NCBI RefSeq assembly: GCF_036588685.1
Contig: NC_086386.1
Location: forward strand, 18,166,001-18,230,000
DNA length: 64,000 nt
Origin: Mytilus trossulus
Lineage: Eukaryota
Direction of reading: 5' to 3'
A model generated the notes under the pieces. It saw only the letters and a list, made by a program, of their open reading frames with translations, was not told the DNA's origin and made no database searches. The number at the start of each line of letters is the position of its first letter. Position 1 is the stretch's first letter. Below, in pieces: positions 51,001 to 64,000 of this stretch. Both the position numbers and the translations under genes were made by a program.

Positions 51001-54000
51001 TCCAGTGAATTGATTGAAATTTCTTTACATGGCTCAGACATCAGACAAGTAAATGTCAACATCATGCACTGCACCGTACCTGTCTATACCCTTTGATTGA
51101 GTAGAAGGAGGCATGAAACTGAAAAAGTCACTTTCAAGTTTCTTAGGTGGTGGTAAAAAATAAATAAATTATCATATAATTTTGTTTCTAACATTGATCA
51201 CTTAATCATTAAGACATCATTAAGGATTTCAAAGGGATATAATTAATATGTCATTAAAGGATTATCTTCTGAAATGCTTAAGGGTTCTGTGAGGACAAAC
51301 ATAAGTTGAGAAGATTTGATTGCAATAAAACATTGTGATATTAAATTAGGTGAAATGACAACACAGACATGTTAAAAATGTTGTTTGATAAATTCAATAT
51401 TTCATTGAAATACATATAAGGCTTAAATTAAAATATTGTTTGTTTGCCCTTTACCGACCGACCCTATCAATTCGTTCCGCCTGAAAATCTTTTATTTGTA
51501 TTTACACAAAATGTACCAGCAAGATTTTATTTTATTTTATTTTTTCGTTCCTACCAAAAATCTTATATTTGTATTTCCCGCTCAAAACTTTTTTACCGGA
51601 ATCCTCGGGTTTTATCTTTACGTGTAAGGTCCAGTCCGTTTGGTATCACCTGAGCGTTTGACATGAACACTTGCATTTGAAGTTTCAAAGCATCTGTTTG
51701 AAATCGATGTTGAACGCGATATGAAGTACGTTACTCTGTACCTTTAAACTTAAAGAGCAGGGTTCATTTACAAAAAAGTTCGTTTGATACAAAAGTATTA
51801 ACGTGTGTACAAACTAATTTGTAAACGGACGTTGTATTTTATGTAGGGATGGCCTTTTGTAATCCGCATATCAGAATGATTATGTTAACGATGCCGCTAA
51901 ATTATTTATATCTGACATGAACCAAAAGTGACAAAACCCTGTAAAGTGGAGAATATCTGGCAGTAAAATCGCCAAGTTTTCCATACAGATCATTTATAAA
52001 TGTGATGCAAAATACGTGACAATTGAGTTTTAAGTCTTATAGCATTTTTATTGGAAAAAAAGGCACACACGAAATTTGTAACACTCTAGGGACTTTTTCT
52101 ACTAGTAATATATGTCTGCCCGGACATTATCTTACCAGTACAAATTTATCTCTTATATATTTTTTTTTCAAAACTAATAGTCCCAGCGGAAAACTTATTT
52201 GCAAAAACAAAACGGACAAAAAATGACATTATGCAGATTTTGTATCTATAAAATAAAATATTTTACCTACTGCCTACCCATGACAAATAATATACCGAGC
52301 CAAGTTATTTTTTTGGGGAAAAAAATAAAATATTTTACCTACCTACCTACCCTGTTTCAAAACATAGGGTCGGAAAAGGGCAAACAAACAATATTTTAAT
52401 TTAGGCCTAAGGTGTTTATAGAATTATGAAATTTTCATCTTTGATACTTGTTTAATATGATATGGGAACACCAAAATATTCCCATATGATCATATTAAAC
52501 AAATATCAGAAATCAAGATCAAAGACTTGATATTTTTTACCATTTTATATTTCTTACCTTAATGTGTGTTTTAAAGATTAATGTAATTTATTTAATACAG
52601 TTATTAACTGTGACAAACATTTTATTCCATACTTTCTTATGATTTTGTAAATATTTTATTTTCATTATACAATATTCTTCAATTTTATATATTTTACCAA
52701 TTTGTAATGAAAAGTAATGTACAGTAATGGAGACATTTCATTGATTTTTAACAAAAGTAATCATTACATTACATGTAATTGTAATGCAGAAAATGTGCAT
52801 TACAAATTACTTTGCATTACATCCAAAAAAATGTAATATTACAATGCATTACAATTACAAATTACCATTACCCCAGGCCTGCACACTTCATTGCTTCTCA
52901 AAATAAAAGTTAAAATGTTGATGACAGAAGCCTTCTGTCATCAACATTTTAACTTTTATTTTCAAATGGACATCAAGTTACAAGAGACTGCAGCCTTGAT
53001 ACTGAAGTATGCAAATATTTATGCTTATTTTGGTATTCATGATCTGTATATTTCCTCACCTCCTTTATAGGAAAGCAGTATTAAACATTTAGTAGCCAAC
53101 CATGAAGTTAACAATCAAAAAGTTAAACATCTGGATATTTTGCTTACTTCCTTTCATAATGACCCAAGGTCATATGCATAAATAAGCTCGCATAACTATT
53201 GCTCATTACTTATTCTTGTTGACAATCTACATGATCTAGAAAATATTTATTTTTGTACCGATCAGGTCATTAGTTGAACAATATTATTTTTAATGTTTTT
53301 CAGAGTTGACCCTTTCACCAAAAAAGACTGGTATGATGTCAAGGCCCCTTGCATGTTTGTAGTCAGACAGATCGGCAAAACTCTAGTTACAAGAACACAA
53401 GGAACAAGTAAGTTCTCACAATGACACACATGCAGTATTTACAAGATGGACACTCACAGAAAATTTAAAGTGTACTTTAGAATATTATTCTCAAACTACT
53501 TTCTATTGGAAAGTCTTGTATATCATATGTTTTTTTTTATATTTTCACTTACATGTATGCATACCTTGATTTTTTAATTATTAAAAACTGAGTGCTGTCG
53601 TTTTACTGGAATGGCCCTGTAGATACATGTACAGCAAGTTAAATCTGAACACTGCAATAGGTGATGTTGAAATTTAGATTATGTCTTTTTTATGATGTTA
53701 AGAAAATTCCTCTATGACAGTAAAATAATACTGTCAAAGTTTCATCTTGCTGAATATGCATGAAATATTTGTCACTCACTGGACGCTGAGCAATCAACAA
53801 TCAATTTAAACTATCACGGTAAAATGAATGTACAATATATAGGAGACATCATTTTCAATAATTTGAGAGATTACAAAAAGTACTGGTGTTAATTGTAAGA
53901 TTGGAAAGATTTTAATTCAACAATAGTTGACTATCTTTTATGAAAGCATTTACATTAAAAACCATTTATATACATGTATTTAACCTGAAAATTTAATTAC

Positions 54001-57000
54001 TAAAATTGGATGTACAACTTTTTATTTTTCAGAAATTGCTTCTGATGGTTTGAAAGGACGTGTCTTTGAGATTTCTCTAGCTGACCTCCAGAACGATGAG
54101 GTGTCTTTCAGAAAGTTCAAACTGATGGCCGAAGATGTTCAAGGACGTAATGTTTTAACAAACTTCCACGGAATGGACCTTACAAGAGACAAGCTCTGCT
54201 CTATGGTTAAGAAATGGCAGACACTGATCGAGGCTAATGTAGATGTGAGGACCACTGATGGATATCTCCTCCGTATGTTCTGTATAGGCTTTACCAAAAA
54301 GAAGGCCATGCAGAATAAGAAAACATGTTATGCTCAGCATACACAGGTTTGTACATGTAACTAGAATTCAAAAGGGGCATGTTTGAAAAATAAGTCAAAT
54401 CATCATGGTCAACATAAACACTCAGGAATTCATGTTCATGCTATAATAAAATACAAGACATGGTATGATTCATTAACATCATCAATAAGTCAATCAGCAA
54501 TTTGATCTTACTGCTTAATGTTTTTCTAGATCAAGGACAGAACCGCTAAAAATATTGAACAACAAACTATCTGCATTTATTTATCAAGGAATGCATGCAT
54601 CTTCATTTGTGCATACGAAATTACTGCTCAGCCTTTGGTAGGCTTAAGAAAACCAATAACACATATAACTTGCTGATAAGAGGTGAAAAGCATTTTGTTT
54701 TAGGCCCCTGCTGAGGGGTATTAAGTTTGTCACTTGTCGGATGTGACCATGTCTGTCTGATCTTCTCTATATATATCTCAAAATTGGTGTCTGATCCCTT
54801 CATCTGCCAATGTTACGAAATTTATACACTGGGATGATTACAAAAAAATCCAGATCTAGTTTGGTGTCACTTTTACATTAAAAAAGTTCTCTGTTCTCCA
54901 ACTTTAGTTTGACTCATGAATCTTGTACTAGAATGAAGTTGGGTAGGGTTACTTTTACCATTCTAGAGTTGAGTTCATTTATACATGTTATAAATTTGTA
55001 AACAAGCCATGTATTTTATTGTTAGTATGTGGTCTGACAGCATGCACAAGTTCATCATGTTTAAAACTTTTTTTTTTTTTTTAAATCACCAATAAAAAAG
55101 AAAAATTTCCAAGCATTAGTCAACTGGCAAATAGAACAACAGACCACAAAAAAACTAAACACAAATATTCATAATAGAGATACAATCATCCAACAAAAAC
55201 AGGGAATAGAAATTGGTAATCTGTGAGTTGGCCAATCATGTTTAAACATTATTCTTATTTTAACCTATTATATAAAGTAATAAGAAGGATTCAGTGATAG
55301 TTACATTAACAATGGGAGTTTTCATGAGAAAAACGATGCATTTAATCTTAGGTTAAACAATTATTAATAATGTCAAGTTTTCCTGAGAAAAGTGATTGTG
55401 ACAATACATTTAAGGTTAAAATAATTTACCTGAAAGTGGTCTTGATTATAGTTATGCATTTACTTGTAGGTTAAAACCATCAGAAAGAAGATGGTAGATA
55501 TTATCACCAAGGAGGTCTCAACCAATGACATGAAAGAGGTTGTCAACAAATTGTAAGTCAAAACTATATCATTAAAACACAATTTAGCTACAAACATATT
55601 TGAATAATTGTTATGCCCCTTTTACCATGATCAAATGATTGTTTAAGGAAAAGTTCAAACTTGTGTGATGTCATTTTCACTGTCCTTTTATCAACGGAAA
55701 CAATTGCTGAATTTGCAGTTTCTTTACTCCAACTACTATTTGCTATAATCTAATGGTCTGAAACTTGTTCACAATTCATGTTTGAAATTTGGTGGTTTGA
55801 TTCACATTCACTTTTCTTAATCAAGATATTGAATGTCCCTTTTAAATAAATTTGAATTTTGGTAGATTTTTTGTTGCCATTTCTTTCTCAACTTTGTCCA
55901 AACCAAATTTTCTGAAATGTATACCCAATACTTGTTGCCACCAATTACAGATCGAGTTCAAACTTGTGTGTCCTTTGGCTTATTCACTTTTAAAAAGAAA
56001 ATATAGTTGAAATTGCTGTTTTTGCACTCTTACTTTACTGTGCTCCAATTCTGCAACCAATTGAAATGAAAAGTATACACAAATGCTTTTTACCAAACAC
56101 AGATCAAGTCTGAAGTTATGTGGCGTCACTCCAACCATTCAAAAGTTATGCCTTTTATGAGTGACTTAATTTGTCAATTTCCAGTCAGCACTTAGAATTG
56201 TGCAAGTGTTCTTGTCTACTTTATAAAAATTTTCATTTGTTTTTCAGGATCCCCGACAGTATCGGTAAGGACATAGAGAAGGCCTGTCAAGGAATCTACC
56301 CACTTCATGATGTATATATCAGAAAAGTTAAAGTACTGAAGAAACCCAAATTTGATTGTAAGTTTATAGATTATGCTATACTGTAGAAATGTATTGCAAA
56401 TACTGCAAACCTGTCATTTTTATACGACCCCCCAAAAAAATTGGGATCCTATAATGGTATGATGTCGTCGTCCTCGTCCGAAGACACATTGATTTCGAGA
56501 TAATAACTTTATAAGTGAATAGACAGAAGGTTCAATACCACAAAATGAAGGTTGGGATTAATTTTGGGGATGATGGTCTCAACCGTTTAGGAATTAAGGG
56601 CTCAAAACAAGCATTTTCTAGTTTCAGGATAATAACTTGTGTACAAGTGTTTCAATTGCTCTGAAATTATATCACAATTTTTAAAACCACAAGTAGAAGA
56701 TTCATTTTCAGGGATATGGGGCCAAAATTGAGGAGTTAAGGGCAAAAAAGTGGCCAAAACAAGTATTTTTCTAGTTTTCAGACAATAACTTGTGTGTAAT
56801 TGTATGGATCTCTCTAAAATTGTACCACAACATACCATATAACAAAGGGGAGGCTGGGATTTGGGTAAAATGCCCGAAAAATGTAGGATTTAGGGACCTA
56901 AAAGAAGTATGTTTATAGTTTCTAAACAATCAAGATGATATCTTGTGTTTAAGTGTATGGATCTCTCTGAAATGGGGGTTTCGAAGTGGGTGGGGGGATT

Positions 57001-58581
57001 TTTTGCTTACCATTTTTTTAAGGGATTCCTTTTTTTTCAAAAATTTTCACAAGTTTCAAGAAGAAATATTCATTGCACAGTATTGTGCAATAGATTTGTT
57101 AGATCTTTGACCACATTATTTTGTGACAAAAACTCGTTATGTAAAAAAAAAATGAACACAATCCAAATTCAGACAGTATCAAGCATTGATATTGTGACCA
57201 TATTTGTCCCAGCTGTTCAGGATTCGACCACTGGGGTCGTATATAGCTGCGTCCTGCGGAGCACATGGTTGTGGCATACTTGTGATCACTTGCTGCATGC
57301 AATAATATTTCAATTATTGCAGTTAGATTCTAATGTTGTAAAAGGGACTGTAATTACATTGTGAATGCTATCAGGAACTAGTTTATTAATATATCTTGTT
57401 CAATTTCAAACTTCCCCTTTCATTAGATGTTGCATCAAGTTTTAATAATGTTCCCTATGATTAAACATTCTTTTTTCAAAGTGCAAACAAATACAAACTA
57501 TTGATGAATTCATTATTGTTTTCAAAATTGAGAATTACATGATTACCCACCTTAAGTTTTGCAATTAAATCAATGGGTTGCTAATCAGAATATTTAGTAG
57601 TTTTATTTACAATATTAATTTCAAAATTTATGTAAATTTACATAATTTAAAAGAGTGTGAGATAGGTGGACTTGAGTATATACAAATATTGTAAACTTAT
57701 TCACTGGGTATGAGTGGAATAGTAAGTTTATTGTCTCCGAGGTGCAACTGTTGACCTGAGGCATAGTAGAGGGCAATAATTGTATCCGAGTGGACATTAA
57801 ACTTATTATTCCACTTTATCCAGCCAGTGTTTTATTATATCAAAAAAGACAACAGAAAATAAATGGCTGCAGAAAAATAAACTATCTTTATATATCAAGC
57901 AGAAATCCAACCATAACGTTTACTTCATATTCTGAAATGCTAAGGTTATGTTTAGCACTGACTTCAACCCTAGATACAATATGTAAAAAGCAATGTTGTT
58001 ACTCCCACTGTATTTTCAAAATCTTTCAATCATGTAGTGGCATTGAAATTTCAGTGTCTTGTCTACCTAGTGGTGGTGTCACTTTTTACCATTCTAGAGT
58101 AATGCCCCTTTACAAATGGAAAATTGCTGAATGTTTTTGTTTCCTTTCTATAACTTTTGTTTGTGTCAACCAAATAATATGAAACTTATACACAATGCTC
58201 ATTACCACAGAACGCAGATGGAGTTTGAATTTTGATTGCCTCACTTTTACTGTTCACGAGTTATGCCCCTTTCTAATGTTGCATGCTAGTGGGGGCGTCA
58301 TTTGTGTCATGGACACATTCACCATTTATCTCCCTTTTATTTTGGTAAATTGTATGTAGAATTTTTTGGTAGGTTTGTTTGATATTATGTATAATAAACT
58401 AATTTTCTGAATGATATATTATATTTAAAGAACATAAACACATACATACATTGATTTTTCAGTGGGAAAACTGATGGAACTCCATGGAGAGGGTAGTGCT
58501 TCAAAGACAGTTATTACAGAATCTGGAGAAACAGTCGAGCGACCTGAAGGATACGAACCACCAGTGTTACAATCTGTTTAA
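48029..58581 (+). CDS. RPS3A: 40S ribosomal protein S3a (eS1), 263 aa
   Basis: Exons 48029-48090 ([20 protein letters not shown]), 53304-53407 ([15 protein letters not shown]), 54033-54346, 55470-55552, 56248-56357, 58463-58581 ([10 protein letters not shown]). 792 nt, open frame. Confidence 0.98.
48423..49232 (-). mobile_element. Internally deleted hAT-family transposon retaining the C-terminal dimerisation domain
   Basis: 13-bp TIR CATACCTGTCAAC / GTTGACAGGTATG; ACATAC duplicated on both sides. ORF 49100-48597 contains [25 protein letters not shown]. Confidence 0.9.
49661..50514. mobile_element. Non-autonomous DNA transposon with ~300-bp TIRs, TAG termini and 9-bp TSD (Academ/AcademH-like)
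   Basis: TAGTCCGAGATTACTCTGACGT.. / ..ACGTCAGAGTAATCTCGGACTA. TSD TGTAAACTG at 49652-49660 and 50515-50523. Confidence 0.85.
50587..52881. mobile_element. Non-autonomous hAT element with CATTAC/GTAATG sub-terminal repeats
   Basis: TIR CAGGCCTGGGG / CCCCAGGCCTG; 8-bp TSD CACACTTC (50579-50586, 52882-52889). Confidence 0.88.
51420..52407. mobile_element. PIF/Harbinger-type MITE nested in the hAT element
   Basis: TIR GGC(T/C)TAAATTAAAATATTGTTTGTTTGCCCTTT; TAA TSD. Confidence 0.82.
56417..57270 (+). mobile_element. HINE element related to 24665-27070
   Basis: tttTATACGACCCC ... GGGGTCGTATA, then gctgcgtcctgcggagca; short (GTC)n; decayed ~160-bp units. Confidence 0.75.
57701..57830. mobile_element. 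Palindromic hairpin MITE
   Basis: cactgg..agtggaatagtaagtttattgtc / gacattaaacttattattccact..ccagtg. Confidence 0.6.
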
Positions 58582-58591
58582 AATGCTGGAC

Positions 58592-58597
58592 AATAAA
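58592..58597 (+). terminator. RPS3A polyadenylation signal
   Basis: AATAAA 10 nt after the stop codon; a very short 3'UTR is typical of ribosomal protein genes. Confidence 0.7.
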
Positions 58598-58902
58598 TAA
58601 AAAAAAAATTCAATGATGTGTTATGTCTTTCAGCTGATGAATATGCACATGTACATAGTCATTGAAACAGAATTGGTCAATGTTGCAATTATTTTAATAT
58701 TCTTTTGTATAAATACCTCTTCTCTAGGCAATGAACTGATTGTCAGTCTTTGTAAGAATCGTGAGTGGAAGCTACGAGTTTCAGATAAAAGCGTATGGTG
58801 CTCGATTATGCATCATTTCTGTAATATGATGCGGTAAACTGCCAATGCACAATTTATATTGGCCTCTAAGAAGTTCCTCTTAAATTTTGATGTTGACCGT
58901 AA

Positions 58903-59155
58903 GGCCACACTTAAAAATATTTTGGTTTGCCCAAACCCTACCCAAAGGTTGAGACGGTGGGTAGGGTAGGTAGGTAGGCATTTTCTTTTCTTTTTTGAAA
59001 AAAAGAAATTGTGAAGTATCAGATGTTTATTAGTCTTCATGCCTATTTGATTAAAAAAAGACTTCTTCAAATTAGGACAATAAAAGAATTTGAGTAGGCA
59101 GCTTTTTTCTGGGTAGGTAGCATTTGGGCAAACATACCTATTATTTATTATGGCC
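58903..59155. mobile_element. Harbinger-type MITE
   Basis: GGCCA..tttgcccaaa..ctaccc / gggtag..tttgggcaaac..TGGCC with TAA on both sides. Confidence 0.7.
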
Positions 59156-60329
59156 TAAAATGGCTTGTGAAACTGATATCTGTAAGACATTTGATAGTTG
59201 CAAGTATCAAAATTTTGAATAGGCAACAAGGGCATTGATTTATCCAATTACAAGTATATTGACAGCTACTGCCTTTAACAATAAGCAAAGAAGATATATT
59301 TATAGTTCACTATAAAAGACCCACAGTCTTGACGAAATTTGCCTCAGTTGATAAGAGAATCCCAAGATTTCAAATTCATACTACAGCAATTAAATAGTAG
59401 CAATCTTACAGTTACGAATGACAACCAATGGATAACATCCCTGGCTTTGGACAGGCATAAGATGTCAGAAAAAGGATTTACAAAAAAACAAAGCAGATTA
59501 TCTCCCCTGTAATCACTGCCCATGGACAAAATTGAGTAGAAAAAAGTATAGTTTCACCCAGTAAACATGTAAATTACAACAAAACTTTGTACCATTAATG
59601 CACACGTAATGTCCAGAAGGTGATTTAATTCAAAGTTCATGTGCTTGAGATGGGATTTTTGAACATTTAAAGGTAAGGCCACACCAATTTGATTTATAGT
59701 TCTTTGGATTTTCCCGCTCCTGTTTTTTTTTCGAAATCAAGTTTTCAACAACAAAAACTACCGCTTTCGTATTTTTAGTAAATTTTTTGCTCCAAAATTA
59801 GTCTTGCCTTGTTTGTTTTTTTCTTTGACGCTTTTTTTCCTGTAATCAAAGCTCGGTTCAAACGCACGTGTGATCAATCAATAAAAAAAAAAAATGTTGA
59901 GCCATCTGTTGTGGTTTCGGCTTAATGCAGAGGACAGCTAAAAACAGCTATCTGTTTGTACTTTTATGAAGCTCAAAGGGTAAAGTCTGTCAATATTTCG
60001 ATATCAAACACATACAAAAATTCGTCAACAGCCGTCAGCATCACCTCTCATAGTCCGATATTACTGACATTCAACGGTTAGAAAAGCTGGGGCTGGTCTA
60101 GCAAAACAGCAGTTTGACGTCAGAGTACTGACATGGATATTTTTGTGTTGGGATAAAATATTGTACAAAAATTTATACACTCAAGATAGTGCGGTGACAA
60201 AATAGGAAAAAGTCGATTATTAAAGAAGTTTAATTTCACTTCATGGTACACGGCTAAAAATTGGCACAGTACTAGAAAAATGATTTTACTTGAATTTAAG
60301 ATTGGTCGTCAAAAAGTCGTATGGTGCAG

Positions 60330-61565
60330 TTTTTTAGCTCACCTGACCTGAAAGGTCAAGTGAGCTTTTCTCATCACTTGGCGTCCGTCGTCCGTAAACT
60401 TTTACAAAAATCTTCTCCTCTGAAACTACTGGGCCAAATTTAACCAAACTTGGCCACAATCATCCTTGGGGTATCTAGTTTAAAAAATGTGTCCGGTGAC
60501 CTGGCCATCCAACCAAGATGGCCGCCATGGCTAAAAATAGAACACAGGGGTAAAATGTATATTTTGGCTTATATCTTTGAAACCAAAACATTTAGAGCAA
60601 ATCTGACATGGGGTAAAATTGTTGATCAGGTCAAGATCTATCTGCTCTGAAATTTTCAGACAAATCGGACAACATGTTGTTGGGTTGCTGCCCCTGAATT
60701 GGTTATTTTAAGGAAATTTTGCAGTTTTTGGTTATTATCTTGAATACTATTATAGATAGAGTTAAACTGTAAACAGCAATAATGTTCAGCAAAGTAAGAC
60801 CTACAAATAAGTCAACATGATCAAAATTGTCAGTCAACCCCTTAAGGAGTTATTGCCCTTTATAGTCAATTTTTCGTAATTTTTTGTTACTTGTTCAAAA
60901 ATCTTCTTCTCTGAAACTTCATTGCCAAATTTAATTAAACTTGGCCACAATTAACATTGTGGTATATAGTTTAAAAAATGTGTCCGATGACCCCGCCTAC
61001 CAAACAAAATGGCCGACATGGCTAAAATTAGAACATAGTGTTATAATGCAGTTTTTGAATTATATCTTTGAAACTAAGATATTTAGGGAAAATCTTTCAA
61101 CATTTAAATGTCCATCAGAATAAGATCTATTCCCTCACAAATTATCAGATGAATCTGACAACTCGTTGTTGGGTTGCTGCCCTTAAATTGGTAATTTTAA
61201 GGAAATTTTGCAGTTTTTGGTTATTATCTTGAATACCATTATAGATAGAGATATACTGTAAACAGCAATAATGTTCAGCAAAGTAAGATCTACAAATAAG
61301 TCAACATGATCAAAATTGTTAGAGGACCCCTTAAGGAGTTATTGCCCTTTATATTCAATATTGAACAACTTTTCGTCATTTTTGTAACTTGTACAGAAAT
61401 CTTCTTTTCTAAGACTATGGGCCAAATTTAACCAAACTTGGCCACAATCGTTACTAGGGTATCTATTTAAAAAAAGTGTCTAATGACCCCACCTACCAAC
61501 CAAGATGACCGACATCAGTAAATACAGTAACAGGTGAGCGACACAGGCTCTTGAGAGCCTCTAGT
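60330..61565 (+). mobile_element. HINE element with ~495-bp internal tandem repeat (~2.3 copies)
   Basis: tttttaGCTCACCTG start, CAGGTGAGC sub-TIR, 3' hairpin aggctc-ttga-gagcct. Unit starts at ~60406, 60897 and 61396. Confidence 0.8.
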
Positions 61566-62009
61566 TTTATTTCAGCTTTAAATCAGCGAATTTGACATCA
61601 AATGTAGATCATTAGTGGCATGCAATTTGGCTTTTTATTCAAAAGCTGTCATCGCATATCTTTCTTTTTTGTTTTATTCAAACATCAGACATAGTGTTTT
61701 ATGCATTAGGCGAAAAGGGTAATCCTCAAAGCCTTTTGATGACAAATTATGAAGGTACAAACTACTATTAACGGGGACATTTTGTGTTTTACTCGATTCC
61801 AACATCATACAATAAGGCGCTGATGAATACATTATATCGTATCGACTATAAAGTAATAAAACTGCTATTTTTCTTTTCATGTACACATGTTTTTATGAGA
61901 TAATATTGTTTAAAACAATATTTTTTTTAATTTTAAAATCTCTGCTTAACAATCATTTATACTTACGGACGGATTGACGACTACAAACAAAAATCTATGA
62001 CAAAATTTG

Positions 62010-62190
62010 GAGGGCGATTTTAACTTTCCAATGTCAATTCCCCAGGTCTCAATGTACTGTACTCCTCTGCGCCATCGTATAATGTGCACATATCTCAAAT
62101 AATACCCTACCTTGGTGCTTGTTCAGTCAATAAATACTTCATGAACAGGGGGTGAACCTCTGACTACTTAAAACAGGCCACAGGATTTAA
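62010..62190 (+). pseudogene. Decayed Penelope-like RT C-terminal fragment
   Basis: With frameshifts and stops, reads like DFNFP..NSP..APSY.VHISQII.Y..ACS...F..RG, resembling the bivalve Penelope-like RT thumb region. Confidence 0.45.
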
Positions 62191-62602
62191 AGGGATATTA
62201 ACACATATTAGTCGACGATAATATCAAGACGGCAGGGTAAGAGTAGAAGAACGACGCAAATGGCAAACAGAATTCTGCAAAGCTCTATATGGACCACCCA
62301 AGATAACACGAAACATACTGAAAAACAGGGGTTATCTCGTGTGCCCCCGGAAGGTTTAGAAGATTCTGTTTCAATTGTAACACCTGAGTGTCGAACGTGG
62401 AAATTTAATTTTGGGGACATGTACTGAATTATGAAGACCTGGCGACTAAAACAGAACAGACAACAGCAGGAGGTCACCCTATCACGAGTAATGATACCTT
62501 TAAGCTCTGTCGTTGTCCATCCCATTAGTAACATTTTGCGGTTTACAATTTTGAGATATTAAGTATAAGATCAGATCTGAAAATTTGCAATAATTCCTGC
62601 TT

Positions 62603-62675
62603 GTAACATATTGATTCTTCTAACATATTGATACTTCTAACATATTGATACTTTTAACATATTGATACTTTTGAT
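62603..62675. repeat. 17-bp tandem repeat x4
   Basis: taacatattgatacttc repeated. Confidence 0.8.
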
Positions 62676-63205
62676 ATGCATGACACAACCAAACTGAACT
62701 ATTTCTTTTTTCTTTTCTGGAATTCCACTAGTTTTGGTTAAAAAAATAACCATCGGTAACTTACGTTATGTTGTCTGTAATGTTTTTTTGAGACATACAG
62801 ACAAAATGGCAGCCGGCTCAAGTCAAGAACTCGAAGTCACGGCTATCAAAGGTTGTGCTCTGTGTACTATTGTCTGTTGGTGTTTTCCATTTTTTGGCCA
62901 TGGCGATGTCAGTTTATTTTCGACTAATGACTTTTAATGTCCCTTTGGTATATTTTGTCTCTCATTCATATGCTTGCATCTATTGTAAAGAAAACTACAA
63001 CCAAGACGAGGAATTTCATTCTCTAAAACAGAACATTTAAGTAAAGGCTGTTTAATTAATACTTATTTATCATATAGCCACTGTAAACCTTTACTGGGAG
63101 TTAATCTGTTTTATTTTGAATTACAAGAACATTCACAGAAGAAAGTTTTTTACCATCAGCAGTGTGATATAAATGTTGTCCCTAGTTCAGATATCAAATC
63201 ACTTA

Positions 63206-63838
63206 ACGTAAGGGTACCCACATTGCACCGAGTACCCAAATTGCACCTATTTAGAAAAAATAGCAAGGGAAATTTTCCATGATTTCCTAGAGACTTAACC
63301 ATTTGTATTTTTATGATTTGATACTCTGCACGTCTTTTAACATAGGTAAACATATTTAGATATACACAAAACGTTCACAGTATATTTATCAACAGATGGA
63401 CTGTTTACTGAAAAAGCAAAATGTACGAAAACGTCACCATGCGACGTCATCAAAACGTCATCTTTTTAAAATTAGGAAATACAATATGTTACAAGTATCC
63501 ATTTCGTAAAATATGAAGAGTAAGCATGGACTAATATCCAATTGTTAAAAAATATTTGAAGAAATTAAACAAAAGCTCGGTTATTAGACTTTTGATGATG
63601 TGAAATTAAGCATGGATGCAATTTGGGTACCCCTAATTACAGAATCATGGATGGTTTGGTGGTTGATTCAAACCCATTTTTTTATGACTCAATATGGATT
63701 AAAAATTAAATTGGTGTACCTATACAATAAAGAAGGATAGGGCTACAAAATAAACACAGTATGGACATTTTTTTCTTCATAAAAAAAAACGTAGGTGTAA
63801 AAACTGTCAAAATAGGTGCAATTTGAGTACCGTCACGT
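63206..63838. mobile_element. MITE with TA target duplication
   Basis: ta|ACGTAAGGGTACCCACATTGCACC ... GGTGCAATTTGAGTACCGTCACGT|ta, with internal aaattgcacc repeats. Confidence 0.65.
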
Positions 63839-64000
63839 TATACAGACCAGACTGTAGGTATAACGACCACGACAATCGGAAACATTCTACAGATTACAGT
63901 CATGTGATCATGGCAAGTGAATACTGTCGATGCGGATCACAGATGTTGTTTTTTTCTGGACTTTTGTTTAGATATATTTTGAGTTTCATGCAGCAGGACA

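Noticed and set aside
48091-58462. Intronic snoRNA in RPS3A (vertebrate RPS3A hosts SNORD73)
   Set aside because: No convincing C/D box pair with terminal stem found by eye (weak candidates near 48160 and 53690-53755). An Infernal/snoscan search would be needed.

Overview
AT-rich, intron-rich animal genomic DNA. The repeat families and gene set look like a bivalve mollusc, most likely Mytilus (inference). There is one assembly gap (16447-16809). I rebuilt six protein-coding genes by hand from GT-AG splice sites with consistent phases: (1) Mieap/SPATA18-domain-like gene A (-; ATG 2642, runs off the left edge); (2) an intact HSPA12-type atypical Hsp70 (-; 9913-4971, 580 aa); (3) Mieap-domain-like gene B (+; 17138-24164, 616 aa); (4) an ependymin-related secreted protein (-; 32118-28189); (5) PDZD11 (-; 47882-39467), head-to-head with (6) RPS3A (+; 48029-58581), their ATGs 146 bp apart. 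The rest is dense with transposons: a 5'-truncated RT-RNase H LINE with TSD, hAT/Harbinger/Academ-like non-autonomous elements nested in RPS3A intron 1, Helentron-type (HINE) elements carrying satellite arrays, a tRNA-derived SINE and decayed hammerhead-ribozyme repeats. The best candidate for an undescribed system is the HSPA12 gene sandwiched between two paralogous Mieap-domain genes. It appears to share a ~0.5-kb divergent promoter with gene B, whose coiled-coil plus C-terminal beta domain resembles GrpE by eye. This suggests a dnaK-grpE-like chaperone/exchange-factor module; it is a hypothesis that still needs structural and synteny tests.
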